Source: the human T2T-CHM13v2.0 reference genome, Homo sapiens. Taken from it: a stretch of 64,000 nucleotides of DNA. A program made the position numbers and the translations under genes. The stretch lies in the NCBI RefSeq assembly GCF_009914755.1, contig NC_060927.1, one strand, 5' to 3'. Of this stretch, positions 47,151 to 64,000 are shown piece by piece. Below the pieces are notes generated by a model, which had not been told where the DNA came from, did not search any database, and saw only the letters and a program-made list of their open reading frames with translations. The stretch's first letter is position 1, and each line of letters begins with the position of its first letter.

Positions 47151-47283
47151 GCTGATGATTTCCAGAGTGTTCTAAGATGTTATCAGGAAAGGCATCCAAC
47201 AAATAGTAAGAGAAGGACCATTTCATTTGTACATTATTTCTTCCTGTGATTCTGTTTTCCAACACCTTGCCTCTTGTTTCACC

Positions 47284-48277
<994 letters not shown>

Positions 48278-48304
48278 AGTTATGTTCTGCTTTGCTTGGC
48301 ACAA

Positions 48305-48310
48305 AATAAA
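48305..48310 (+). terminator. Polyadenylation signal of CCDC54
   Basis: AATAAA 27 nt after the stop, followed by GT-rich TTGGTGTGGTGGCTGTG. Confidence 0.75.
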
Positions 48311-48444
48311 TGTAACCTGGAGGCTCCAAGTATTCACACATTGGTGTGGTGGCTGTGAATTCTTCGGTAGTTTGCTCACTCTGGGCCCACTATCTGCAGA
48401 GTTTCTCTATGTCTACAGTAAGTTAAGGCACATGATCTAATTGA

Positions 48445-48974
<530 letters not shown>

Positions 48975-49751
48975 AGACTTTAGGTAGTATAGAGTGAAAA
49001 GGATACCCATTGTCAAGGCTACTAAAGTTAGCAGTATAAAAATGAAAGGGATTGAAAGGCTAAGTTATTGCAAGGAACATATTCAAAATATTGGCTTTTT
49101 CTTTCAACTTCAGCTTCTTTTCTATCAAACAATTAGATAAGAGGAGAAAGACAATATGATACTGGGTAATTTTTACATTTTCATGAAAGGAGAAAAATAC
49201 CATGTCCTATAGGTTTGATGCAGGGGAAAAGGGAAGATCTAAGAAGGGGTTTGTGAACTAAGTTAAATCTTACCACTATAATACCATAAACTCTTATATG
49301 ATAGGTTTTTCTTTGTTTGTTTGTTTAAAGCATATAGCCAAGAAGAGCTTCATTTTTAGATATAACAGGTGGTTGTCATTGTAATTTCTGAATATCATGC
49401 AGAATAACTGAAAAACAATGTTTCCTTCACCACTTAACTCAGTGAATGAACGCTACCTTCCTTTGTGGTCATATATTAAACCACAAATATTCCTGGCAAA
49501 TGTACTACACTTAATTATTTGCAGTCAATACTTTGAAAGGGGGGTTTTGGTAGCTAGCTGAGAACAAATGAAAGAGGACAAAGGACCTAAAGGTGGGCAC
49601 AGCAAAAATTAAGACACAGCTTCGTCTGACGCCAATCTGGGAGTAATTATATAACACATTATTTTTTCATTGACAAATATATTCTATTTGATCCTTCTTT
49701 ACAAATTTATAGATATGTACATAATAACTTTTAGAATATGTCAAAATGCAG

Positions 49752-50158
49752 GGAATCAACCTAAATGCCCATCAATTACAGATTAGATAAAGAAAATATG
49801 GTACATATACACCATGGAATACTATAGACAGCCACAAAAATAGATGAGATCATGTCTTTTCCAGGAATGTGGCTGGAGCTGAAGGCCATTATCCTTAGCA
49901 AACTAATGCAGGAACAGAAAACCAACTACCACATGTTCTCACAAGTGGAAGCTAAAAGATGGGAGCTCATGGACACAAAGAAGGGAACAACTGAAACTGG
50001 TGCCTACTTGAAAGTGAAGGTTGGGAGGAGGGAGAGAAGCAGAAAAAAATAACTATTGAGTATTAGGCTTAGTACCTGGGTACTAACGACTTGAGTTTAC
50101 CTATAAAACAAACCTGCGCATGTACCCCAAAACTAAAATAAAAGTTAAAAAATAAAAT
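49752..50158 (+). mobile_element. Older primate L1 3' end
   Basis: AATCAACCTAAATGCCCATCAAT...AACAAACCTGCGCATGTACCCC...TAAAAGTTAAAAA. Confidence 0.85.
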
Positions 50159-53100
50159 ATGTCAATATGCAACATACCTAATAAAAGCAAAGGTATTTAT
50201 TAAATGAGTTTGTTTAAAAATGAGATAACTGTGCTTACAATGTATTGTTCTGTTAAAGGCACTAGCAATCTCTATGTATTTACTTACCACCAGAGATGTC
50301 CGTAAGGAACAGCCAGAACTCTACTTCAGTACCTTAGGTGTGATGCTCACATTAGGACAATATCTAGGGAAGGCAGGCCATGACACAGGCAAATGACATC
50401 ACAAATAACTTCTGGAAGAGAAAAAAGTGACCCAGCTGGTATAAGCCTGGGTCGTCTGAGCCTCTGTATATCAGCACTGACTTTCATTTTTCCCCCTCAC
50501 ATGTCCCTTACACAGCCCTTAATGTTTCTAGAGAGGCACGCAGTTTACAGGCACACGCTTGAGGATCAAAAGACCAAGGTTCTCAACCTAAGTCCTAAAT
50601 TTTACTCTTACAAATTATATTATTTAATTTCAATGAGGTTTTTCTGTCAGCTGTAAAAATATAATCATTATATGAACTTAGTAAATATTTTTTCAGTGTT
50701 CACTAATAATAAGGGATCATGGAGGATACAAGAAAAGGTAGACATTCCATGTCTTGTAAATATAGAACATTAAATGGCATAAATAAAAAATGTACACAAA
50801 GAACTCTGAGACATGATAAATGGGGATGGGCAGCAAATAGCAATACTGCAAGTATTGCTGGTGTCAGAGAAGAAACAAGCTTGATGAGCCTTGTGGTAAG
50901 GAAGTAAAGTGAGGAGGAGGTGGAGAGGACAATGCAGCTGACAGAGGGAAAAACAGGAGCAGAGGGCGGGGGGATAGTAAGGAACGTGGGATGTGAAAGC
51001 CACCGGGCATTATACAACATAAAGTACAGACAGGCTATTATTTCAACCCTTTTATGGATCTAATTTTTCTCTTCAGAGATTCCCACCATGCTCATTTCAA
51101 CCTGTTTTCTTTACCTACATAAGAATGTTAGAGGGGGAGAAAGTGACTCTACGTGATTTTCGCAAGGTCTCGCACTTTCCCTAGAGAGGATTCTGTTTGT
51201 CCTGTTAATGAATTGAGTTCCCTGTGAGCAAAGGGAGGATTTTACTTCTGAGTCAATTATTTATTGTCACCTAGACAAGATCTCACATGACTTGTTAAAA
51301 TTATAAATCATCTTATAACTCAGCATGTGAGCAAATAACTTTTCCCCAGTCCTGGTTTGCAAGTTCACCTGCCTCTCACCAGCCCACCTCCATCCCTCCT
51401 GGCTTGGAGAAGTGGCGTTTCTCTAACCCACATTCCTCCACCAGTGCCTTGCAGAGTCTTCATCAATTACTCCCCCTTTCCCCTCCATCTTAATCACCAC
51501 CTCTCAGTTCTTTGTACTCCGCTTACAAAAATACTCACCTGGTTCCCTTGTCCTTGTGTTCCCCTCGTCTCCTGCCAATTTCCCATCATCTTTTTTAATG
51601 AGAGGCCCACCCTCCCTGTCCTCACCTTCCCTCTCCTCTTCTCTCCATGGTTCATGGGAGCATGTCTTCCAGAATGGTGCTTTCTCATCTAGTTTTCTTC
51701 CCATCACTCTGGCAGAGTCTTCTCAGTTTTCTTAGATGATTCCTCTGCCACTAATCATTCTGTTAAAATATGGATAGTTCATTTTCGTGATCCCAAATCA
51801 AAGAATTCCTAATCTAGCCTCTCCTGGGACGTCCTGAGTTTTGGTTCCAAATTACTATTTATCTTCTCCACTTGTGTGTCTACAAAAAAATGTATATAAA
51901 TATAATTAGACGAATGTCTATAATGTATATCAGTCAAACATGAAAGTCATTGTGCATTCACCAAAACATCTCAAATCATTGTTTTTGCTATTAAACACAT
52001 CTATTGGGGAGGAAACACTCGGTGGTAAAAAGAGCAAAGACATTCAAAGAAGAACAGATTTTAGAATGACTATTTACTAAACATTTATATTATGTATCAG
52101 GCACTATGCTAGTTGGGTGTACAATCATGACCCTCATAACTATGTGATTTTGGCAGTCCTTAAAACTTGAATTCAGTTTTCTCAACTCCGAACTGAGAAC
52201 AATTTATGTCATGAGACTCTTGTGTTAATTAAATGAAATCATGTGTATAATCTGCCAAGAATAATGCCTGATTTCGTAGGTGCTTAGCATATGGTGGTCA
52301 TTTCCTTCCCTCCATAGGCTAAATGTCAATGGAAGGCATGAAGATGAACAGGACATGGGCCCTGCCTCAAGCAGCTCACATTCAGGATTCTGCCTCCTTT
52401 CATCAGCCATAAAGGACTCCAGACAAATAGGGAACAAAGTGACAGGCTAAATACAAATGCTTCAAACAAAATCTTGACTCCCTCATCCAAAGACAGTGTG
52501 ATAAGAATAAGACGGGGTGTGAAGCTCTCCTCCTGGTCTGGGCACTCAACCAATATTCCATCATCTACAACAGTCGTTTGCCAACCTTTAATTGCACGCT
52601 GTATAAATAAGCAACAAAGAAAAGGATCTGGAGGGAAGGGAGGCTGAGTTAGGATAAATAATTTAGTTCAGTGTGTAATACTTGCTTGCGTAGACACAGA
52701 CACTAACAGCATTCTGTTCATTCAAAAACAATATTCACCAACATTTATTGAAATTTGACTCTATACCAGGAAATAGCTGAGCTAGGTGTGAACAGAGATG
52801 CAAAGACATCAGTCCTGTCCTGAAAGAACATACTTTCAAATGGTGTTATTTCCAGTTGCCAATTATTTTGGTCTGTTGCTTAGATTTGGATTGGAAAACC
52901 ACACACTTCATTTAAAACTTAATTTAGCTTTTTTGTGGGACACAAATCAAGTCCCATTTAGAAAAAGACATTGCTTTCCTAAAAGTAATGTTTCAAGGTT
53001 AATTCATCAAGACAGAAAAATATAGTTTTTTCTAAATGCTTCTACACACCTTCAAAATGTAGACTGTCACTAACATATCAGTGGATTATGCTCTGAAACT

Positions 53101-55119
53101 TTATTTGTAAATCCTTTAAAACTCAGAATGCGTACTACAAAGAAATAGTATTAGAGTTGGATTTTTGACCAACCTGTAAAAGCTGACTGAACTACAATGT
53201 AGCTGAGATAATGGCATTAATAAAACTCTAAAGCCAAGTTTTCGTATATTCCCATGCTAAAGTGTATTCAGGAAAATAACTGCAATAGTGGTAATCCTGA
53301 CAGCTGGACCAGTGCCCCCACGCTCCTTATTCTCTCTTCTATCTGATAGTGGAGTGAAAATTTCATAGATTGACGGCCCTAGTGGAGGACACCATGGAGA
53401 ACAGGGAACAAAGAACAGCAACTAAGTGGGGGCCAAGACAGGTGCTCCAGGGATGGGAAGCCAAGGTGGAAATTCTTGGGTGAGGAAAGAGACAAAGGCT
53501 CCATGTGGCTGCTGAGAATCTAGTCCAGGGAATAAGGACTGAAGTGGGGCCAACATCATTTTTTACGGTGATGAGGGACTGAAGGCTGCATACAAGGGAG
53601 ATAATTGAAGCATGTAAAGCATAATTTTTGGCACATAGTCAGGCTCAATAAATGGTGATAATGATACTGGAGATGATGGAATAGAGGCAAAAACTGTGGG
53701 TTTTGCTTCTTCATTTGTTTTTTGGAATACAACCTATTTGGAGGCTAATTTTATTTGTCAGGAACATGAAACTCCAATGTCAGTGGCAGATGGAGTTACT
53801 GGAGCAGGGCGATGGTTGTGCAGATGGGACATGTAGGTAAAGGAACGTTGCACTAGTGGGGCTCTTGGGACCAAGATAGGATATGTGAGCTTGTCCTCTC
53901 ATCTTTCTCCTTTCCCATGCCATTCTTTTCACCTAAAGCTTGAGATGCAAGGATGTGGGGTTTGGGGAGACACATCCTAGACAGAGGCAGAGGTGGGGTG
54001 GGGGAAGAACAAGAAGAAGAAAAACGCTTCAATAGGATTAAGAAACAACTGATGTTCTAGTGCAGCCCACTCCTCCCATGCAGAGCAAAGGTACTACACC
54101 ATGCGTTCCGAAAATGCTAAAAAAGGCAAAAGAAGGCAGTGCTTCCTTAGGTAATTTAATGATATGATCATCCTTTTTCTACCCTTAGTTACATGTTAGC
54201 CCTAAGCAATCTGCACAAGCTTCCAGGAATGACTCTCAACAGGACTCTTCCAATCTTTGTTTTTGTCAAAGATTCCACCAATTTTTTTCCCACCTATTTT
54301 TAGATCCTACCTTTCTCTCCCACTCTCATCTGCTGTCATAGGAAAAGAATGCATGAAAATGTGGCCAGGTGATCATCTGATTCTGAAGATTTATTCCTAA
54401 CGTCAGTTGTTTCAGAAGGGGTGTTCTCATCGGCCAATCTCCTGATGAAAGGTGTGACATGTCTTTCAGATTATCAGAAAATCTAAATTTGGATAGTGCT
54501 GTCATTTATAGTGACACTTAGTCAACTTACATTTACCAAATATAAAGATAATAATTGCTTGATGTACAGGCTGTAATTCGATCACAGCCATCAGTGACAT
54601 GACTATTTGTTGTTATAGCAATATAAATGAAATTATGCCTATGGCAGCCTAATTAGAAAAGCACCATCACGACCCAGCTGGCATTTTCAATATGTTATCT
54701 AAGAGGTATGATAAGAAGACAAATCAGAGCTGACTTAATGAAGTTTCTGATCAGAGGCTGCTCTGAAGACAATGAGCTATTGAAGGAGACAAAGAGGAAC
54801 TCATGACTTGCAAATTTATGCAGGCTGTTACAGAACAACAAAACACAACAGAGTTTGCAAGATTCGATCTTGTTGAGAGTGGTAGCAATAGAAATTTTCT
54901 TCCTTCTCAACAGCAGGATCCCAATTCATAAAAATTTAACTATGAAAATAAGCTTAAAGATTACTTAGTTCAGTGATATTCAAGTGGGGGTACCCCCAAG
55001 GGTCTTTTAAAAATCTCCCAGCAGACATTTGCAAAGTAATCCCTCCCAATACCATGATACACCTATGGGTTGGGGGACATGACGTTGTCTGTACCCCATT
55101 TAAGAATCATGACAATAGG

Positions 55120-55360
55120 ACCAGCATAATGTAGGGACTAAGAAGAAGCACCTAGATATTGGATAGGCCAGAATTCATGAGGGCTGTTACTCACTAGATG
55201 TGTGACCTTGCTGAATTTCTTAAATCCTCTGAGTTGATTTTCTTATCTCTGAATTAGAGATAATAGAATATAAAGTAAAATTATGTGCTTCAGAAAAACA
55301 AATGAGGAAAAACACTTAGCTCATCATCTGGCACATAGTAGGTACTCAATTAATGTTCCA
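55120..55360 (+). mobile_element. MIR
   Basis: TGTGTGACCTTG...CTGGCACATAGTAGGTACTCAAT. Confidence 0.65.
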
Positions 55361-55367
55361 TATAACT

Positions 55368-55399
55368 CTACCACTACTACTACTATTACTACTACTACT
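55368..55399. repeat. (TAC)n microsatellite
   Basis: Direct reading. Confidence 0.9.
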
Positions 55400-58028
55400 G
55401 AACAGGCTGGGCAGCTGCTGTCCAGTATGTTGAGGCAGAAAAAAGACTGAGGTCAGAAAACTGGTCCAACCTATTGAGGAGGAACCTGAGATCCAGAGGC
55501 AGAAGTGACTTGCCTAAAGTTACCCAGCTTATAGGAGTGTGAACCAGATTCCAGGGCTACAGATGGTGGGTGTTGTGATTTTTAGAACATACTGAATCCT
55601 TGGATTCTGACAACTTAAGTAATAATCAGTGAAAATAACCAGGGAAATGCAGTGGCCTAGCAGTCAAAGACAAATTTAGCTGTGCTTCTCTCCCTCTGTG
55701 CAGTCTCCCTGATGTTTCATAAAGTATCAAAGTGCATTGATTGAGGATAAGAAATCTGCTATTACTGCAATTCAACCAAACCCCTTTCCCCAGATCATAC
55801 AGTGCATGTTCCATTACCTTTGAGACTTTGACTTTTCTCACCCCATAATTTGTCAGGCTGGTCTTCTATTATTGATCATTTGATCAGGGATGAGGTGTGA
55901 ATATTATATGGCAATGTATGTATGTACACACTTATGTAGATTTAGCTATATGCATACATATATGTATATGTGGTATCAAATGTGTGTGTATTATACACAC
56001 ACATCCCAGAGATTTATAATCTTTGATCAATTTTTTTAACCTATTGTCAGTGCTATTGTTCTAGTTACTATAGCTACAGATGAAAAAAAACAATAGTGAT
56101 AATAAGCACCCACACACACATACTTGTAATAGAAGACTCAGATGGTCCCTGTAAATGTTAATGTACTTTTAGAAAGTTGAAGAGCTGTGAATTATATAGT
56201 TTATAAGAGTCTTAAAGGACAAGGATAACTTACTGTGAAGCCTGTCATTCAAGGGAAGAGCAGAGTTTGACAGGAAACATGTATTAATACACTTAATGTA
56301 AAACCTAAAACCTAGAGAAGCACTCTAAGCCTGTCTTCTCTTCCTTCTTGCCATCTTCTTTAAAAGAAACAGGATTATTTCTCTTTTCCTATCTCTTTTC
56401 CTGGGTTTTTGATAAAGTGTTACTATTTCCACCAGTGGACTTCTCCCTCTTTCTCTCTCTGTCTCTGTTTCTCCCTTCTTCCTCCTTCCACCTCAGTTTT
56501 TCTCAGGATGGTGCAGCAGCCCATGGGTTCACACATGTAGTCACTTGCCAGCCAAGGTCACTTTCCCCCACTCAGTTTCAGTGTTTACCTTTCCTATTCT
56601 TCCTGATTCTACTTCCTGTTATCCCTGCTTCCTGCTCCAACTTCCTCTCGTGGTTTCTTACAGCTACATCCATTTCCCAAATCCCCCTCCCTAGGTCCTG
56701 ATTTCTGTGTCCAACTCAGGCCGGCAATCATGCTTCGCCTTCTGACTGTCCTCTTGGTATGGCTGCTTCAATGTACCCATCTGATCCTAGACTGTATCTC
56801 CATTCTGACTCATTCTTACTTTTTTTCCGTAGAACCGATGGTAATACAGAATAAAATTTTATTGTAGAACTTATTTTGTGTAATAAAGACAATGGAATGT
56901 TCCTTGGTCTGAATTTCAAAAGCAAGTGAATAGAACAAGTTATAATTTAGCTAGGGAAGTAACTTTAGCTATAGTTGCTTTTACTTATTATTTTTCCTGT
57001 AGCTTCTCAATTGCAAAAAAAAAAAAAAAAATCTCCATCCTGAGAAAATACATGCAAAAGGATTTTAATCCAATTTTCTTATCTTTATTTGCTCTTATAT
57101 TCTGGTCCCTTTGTAGTTTCAAGCAAATTAATTTGTTTTAATTTGTAATAAGAGATAGGGGATATTTTTGGTTGTTTTTCAGTTCACTGAAAATGGGTTT
57201 TAGAATAAGCATGTTTTGAAGGAACACTGAGTCTGTCACCTGCAACAATGAAATGTAAGAAAGTCAAGAATAGCATAAACAAATCATTAGACAAAAATTT
57301 CAGATTTTTGGAAATTACTGGATCTGAGATGAGACTGCTTCCCTAGCTCCCCTTATCTCTTGGTTTAAAACAAAAACTTCCTAGGTTTTGAACTTCCACA
57401 ATTACGAAATCAATTTTACGTATTTATAACTTTGAGAATACTACATGACTACACAGTCTAAAGAAGACTGAAAAAATTGTAAAGATTCAATTCACTCTGA
57501 CTCATCTAAATGAGGCGAAGAACTAGGTAGTCTCAAATTCATTTCTCTTTCACTTTATTAAAACAAACTCATCTTACAGACAAATGGTATTTTTAATCAG
57601 GAGTGAAATTTCCCCAGCCAAGTATTCTGGTCCCTTATTAACTGCAAGTGCAGAATATTTTGAAGGACAGGAAAGACATGCAGGGACATGATGAGCAGGG
57701 CTGCTCCAGATCCCCCTGCCTCAGCTTGTTCTGAAGTCCCTGCAGTGGGTGGGGGTCCCAGTTGGCAAAGCCCTGAAACACATCTCCTTCCCAAACTCCT
57801 CAATTCTATGTGTTTCTTTTAAACAGGCTTATTTCCAGGACATATATTGGGAAATAACATGAAGAGGATACGTCCTCCTTCCCGTCTGAAAATTAACCAT
57901 TTTAATCTGCCAAATCAGCCCCAACTCCATGAAATAAATCCCAAATTAAGCAAGGAAGCAATAGTTTCCCACTACTATCATCTTGGATTTATCTCCCCAT
58001 GTTCTTTGTTAAAAATTAATATTATTTT

Positions 58029-59530
<1,502 letters not shown>

Positions 59531-59999
59531 TCCATTCTCACCATTTTCTTAGATGATTCATTTATTCATTAATTAATGTAACAATAATTGAGAATCTACT
59601 ATATACCAGGCACCACGCTAAGTTCTTGGTAATAGGTTGGTAAGTAACATAGATATGATTAACTATCCCGAGCTTCCTAGAGAATGGGGTAGAAGCCCGC
59701 AGAGCTTTTGTCTCCCTGCGAATTCTTCTTTTTGCTTTTGCAGATGCCACCTGATGTCTTCAACCTCTTTAGAGCTATTTTTATGGGGTGACTCTTGCCT
59801 CCTCTGCCTGGGCCCTGGTCATGGCTTGCCATCACCACTACCAAGTGGTTCAATGCTTTTCTCTCCTTGAGAACTACTGTCTCCCCCTGGGTATCCTGTG
59901 GCTCCCTATTGTTAAATGACACTGTTGCTTGGGCTACTCAAAGCTATTTCCAACCCTCCTCTATCATGATGCCTCCAACCACAGGGGCTATAGAGTCAG

Positions 60000-60378
60000 A
60001 TATATACTCTCTTAGCTTCCTTTTACCCCCCAGCCCAGATGTAAGCAGAGATTCACTGGAGGGAATTCAGGGGAAGCTTGCCTCTTTGATAAAAAGGGAC
60101 ACCTGCAACTGGTAAGCACTTCCAAGTTTCTTCTTCCTGCCTCAAAAGCAAAAGTAAGAGCTACAATTTCAGCACTTACATTGTGAGCATGAGGAGACAA
60201 GAGAAGCACAAAGATGCTCACCTTGACATCATTGAGCCACTGAAACAACATCAGCAACCTGTACTTCAGGACTTACTACGATGTGAGAAAAAAACCTCTG
60301 TTATTTAACTCCTATCATAAAACCCAATGTAGTTGGGTTTTTTGTTTCTTGCAGCCAAAAGCAAGTCTTACCAACATA
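60000..60378 (+). mobile_element. Old MaLR LTR (MLT1I/J-like)
   Basis: 3' end GTTGGGTTTT..TCTTGCAGCCAAAAGCA. Confidence 0.55.
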
Positions 60379-60911
60379 TTGCCATTGCCATGATCAGAGC
60401 CAAAACTGCCTCTGCATCTTAGGGCTTTAGTGAATCATTCTATTTTTGTGCTGCCCAGAACATGGGTGAGAAACTGACCTCACAGTCTTATTTAGTCCTG
60501 TTGAAGTCTACAAGCACTTCAGGATTCTTATGGTTATTTGGTGCCTAACAACTTTTATTTTGGTTGTTTGCTTTGAGTCCTAAGCCAAATTGCCTTGTGA
60601 AACTGGGTGTGAAAAGTGAGTGCAGCAGTGTGAGAGCAGCAGTGTGTGTAAATACTACACCAGTACTACATACATGGCCACTTTGGCTCTCCCAATCCCC
60701 AGGCCAATGCCGTAACATATATGCCAACCCACTTCAAATAGGATTATGGCAACTTATCTACTGAATACTTGGTTAGTATTTGTGGAAGGCATCCACAAAT
60801 ACCCGCCTACATTTTAACTCCCAAGAATATGGACATTAGTTTCAAGCTCTGGAAGCACGTGTGCAAACAATCTCAGATCACTAAGATCATTCATTCTAGA
60901 GGAGAATCACA

Positions 60912-61441
<530 letters not shown>

Positions 61442-61519
61442 TTAAATGAATATTCTAAACTTCACAGTTATTAACTCTTTATTTCCTTCTGTTACCAAAT
61501 AAAAGTGTTTTCTATCATA

Positions 61520-63135
61520 GGAGAATCTCTTGATATGTGCTATTAATCCCATCTCCTCCCACTTTCTCAGAAACTTTCTCCTCTAGACAATACCCATTTT
61601 CCCCTACATAACTTCAACCTCTCTTTCTCTACTAGACACTTTTCATTATCATCTATACATACTATTGTCTCTCCTGTCTTAAAACATGTATACACAAATT
61701 TTACCGAACTACAGATCTCCAACTAAAATTTTATCTACTCTCCCAGTTACAAAATACATAGCTATAGCTTCAATTTCTACTTCCTTCTACTACTGACTTC
61801 TCAGCCCACTCCAAACTGGCTTCTGTTCTTTCCTCTCAGATTCTAGCATTAAGTCGCCAATGATGTGCATGTTGCTAAGTCAATGAAAATATTCATGTCT
61901 TTCCTATTTAACCTCTCAGCATCATTTGTAACAGATTTCCACTCCTTCCTTCTAGAATATTCTCTTTCCTTGCTTTCTATCTTTCCACGTCTGTTTACTT
62001 CTGTTGTTTTCCCTCTGATTTATTGTTAGTCCTCTTCAGAGACTTCTCCTCGACCCCAACTTTTCACGTAGACCTTTTATCATGACTCAGCCTCGGACCT
62101 TCTTCTCTCTCATATTTTCAAACATCACCTCTCATATCTTATGAGATAAGGTGATCTTATCTACTCTCATATCTTCAAATGTCATCTAAAGTCAGTGGTT
62201 TTCAAAATTATATCTCCAGCCTAGACTACTCTTCTGAGTGAGAGACTTATAGGTCCAAATGTTTATAGTATTTCCATTTTGGATACTTGGATGTGTTAGA
62301 AGAATTTCAAATACAGCATGCCCCAAAATAAATGTATTATATTTAACCATCTTGCCCTAAAACTGCTTCTCCTCTAGAGCTCCCTAACATAATAAGTGGT
62401 ACCCACATCCTCCCAGATGCTCCAGCCAGAAGCCTGTGATCCAACCATAACCGATATCTCCCTTCACTATCTACCCCCAAAAAATCAGCCACCAAACCTA
62501 GTTTACCCCACCTTCTAAATCTATCTGTTTTCCAGTTAACGTCACCATCTTGTCTCAACCAGACTACTCCAGTTACTTTCTGGCTAGTTATCTCTAACCC
62601 ACTTTTCCTTGCCTCAATCCCATTTTTCACATGGCAGTGAGAGTAATTGTTTAAAATGTAAATCTAATCAAATCACGCCTCTGCTAAAACCATGTAGTGG
62701 CTCCTCAGTACTGAGTATTAAATCCAAAATCCTTTGTATTTCCTGAGAAAAACAAGCTCTTTCTTGCCTCCAGCCATTACATGTGCCTCTGCCAGGAATG
62801 CTGTTTGCTCCACACTGTGCACAGCTAACTCTTACTCATCTTTCAGGTATGAGTTTAATTACTACTTTCTTTAAAAAAAAATTTCTCCTGATTAGATTAA
62901 AAATATGTTAGGTTCCCTATTTATTTTCATGCCACCTTGTGATTTTTCAATTATAGAACTTGTCACCTTAGTAATTAAATACTACTTTGTGTGATTCTCC
63001 AGTAGGAAGACTCTAACTAAATAATGTAAGCTCCATGAGGGTAGAGACTGGGAATAATTTTCTCACTAAGGTATTCTCAATGGTTATCAGAGAGGAACAG
63101 TGAAGCTCAATAAGATTTGTTGGATGTGTAAACTG
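61520..63135 (+). mobile_element. L2 LINE remnant
   Basis: CT-rich L2 motifs (CCCACTCCAAACTGGCTTCT, GTTGCTAAGTCAATG, ATGTAAGCTCCATGAGGG, CTCAATAAGATTTGTTGGATG). Confidence 0.75.
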
Positions 63136-63837
63136 AATTTTACACACTTCCATCTTTAAGATTTATATTGACTTTCTGTTCTGTTCACAAACATACTTGA
63201 TTTAACTATGACTACTTAAGTTTTAATTGTGATCATTATTCGATTATGACATATTTATACTTTAGAAGTATTTGATTATGAAAAGGAATAAATTTCTAAA
63301 ATCTAAAAGAAGTTCTGGATTTTTCTAAGAAGTCCATTTTAGGAACAGAATTTCATTTTTCTTGAAGACTACTAGCCAGTCAATTGTCATGTATTTAAAA
63401 AAAGAAAAAAAAAGATAAAATATAAAAAGTCAAAAATCAACTAATTCAGTACAATTGGTGCCTATCAAGGTTTAAAATATAGAACAACATCTCTCACTTT
63501 CTTGAGGCATTTTCTAAATTGAACGAAATGTTACTACTAAATCTAGAGCTGTGAGATTAAGTAAGAAAAGAAGTTGAAGAGTGACACTCCAAAAATTTTC
63601 TCTAGTAATGTTTTAATACAAGGACCTAAAGGCCACTCTGTGTCCCTGAGGTCCATTATGAATATATGTGGGAATAGAATGATTAACATATAATCAGAGA
63701 CTATGGGAGAAAAACCCTCCAAAGAGAAAAAAGACTAATGAAGACTTGAATTCTGAGAAAGCCCAAATTCTCAAGGGTTCTGATCTATTGGCATAAGAAT
63801 ATTATGGCAGACAAAAGTAAGAGGAAGTAGTAATTAG

Positions 63838-64000
63838 AGCAGATTTCTTAACTGCAGCACTCCTGACATTTTGTGCTGGATAATTTTTTGTTACAGGAGG
63901 CAATCCTGTGCAATGTAGGATATTTAACAGCATCCCAAGTCTCTGCCCAGTAGGTGCCAACAGTAAACCCACCCGCCAATCCCCAAATAGTAACACTCAA
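63838..64000 (+). mobile_element. MER20 hAT MITE (runs off window)
   Basis: GCACTCCTGACATTTTG...GGATAATT...CCTGTGCAATGTAGGATATTTAACAGCATCCC. Confidence 0.8.

Noticed and set aside
53370-53393. CTCF site (CCACTAGGGCCG on the minus strand)
   Set aside because: Mismatches in the GGGGGCG core; not supportable by eye

Overview
Primate (human-type) AT-rich, repeat-dense genomic DNA with one real protein-coding gene: intronless CCDC54 (47291..48277, +, 328 aa; from memory a testis gene on 3q13). The rest is mostly transposon-derived: about 22 Alus, a full-length dead L1PA3-type element inserted into an Alu linker, older L1/L2/MIR fragments, ERV/MaLR solo LTRs, and DNA transposons (Charlie1, MER75, MER30, MER20, MER5, MADE1). 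The main observation is that CCDC54 aligns by eye, collinearly and at a near-constant offset, with LINE-1 ORF1p, a copy of which lies in this window. The match covers the coiled coil, RRM and C-terminal domain, but the RR RNA-binding helix is missing. CCDC54 is therefore a candidate domesticated ORF1p gene analogous to L1TD1; this needs profile or structure confirmation. Other observations are an inverted duplication split by the Alu/L1 insertion, an overlapping uORF at the CCDC54 start, a perfect miR-548-type MADE1 hairpin and a retained ZNF93-target segment in the L1. Repeat subfamily names come from remembered consensus sequences, and boundaries of old repeats are approximate.
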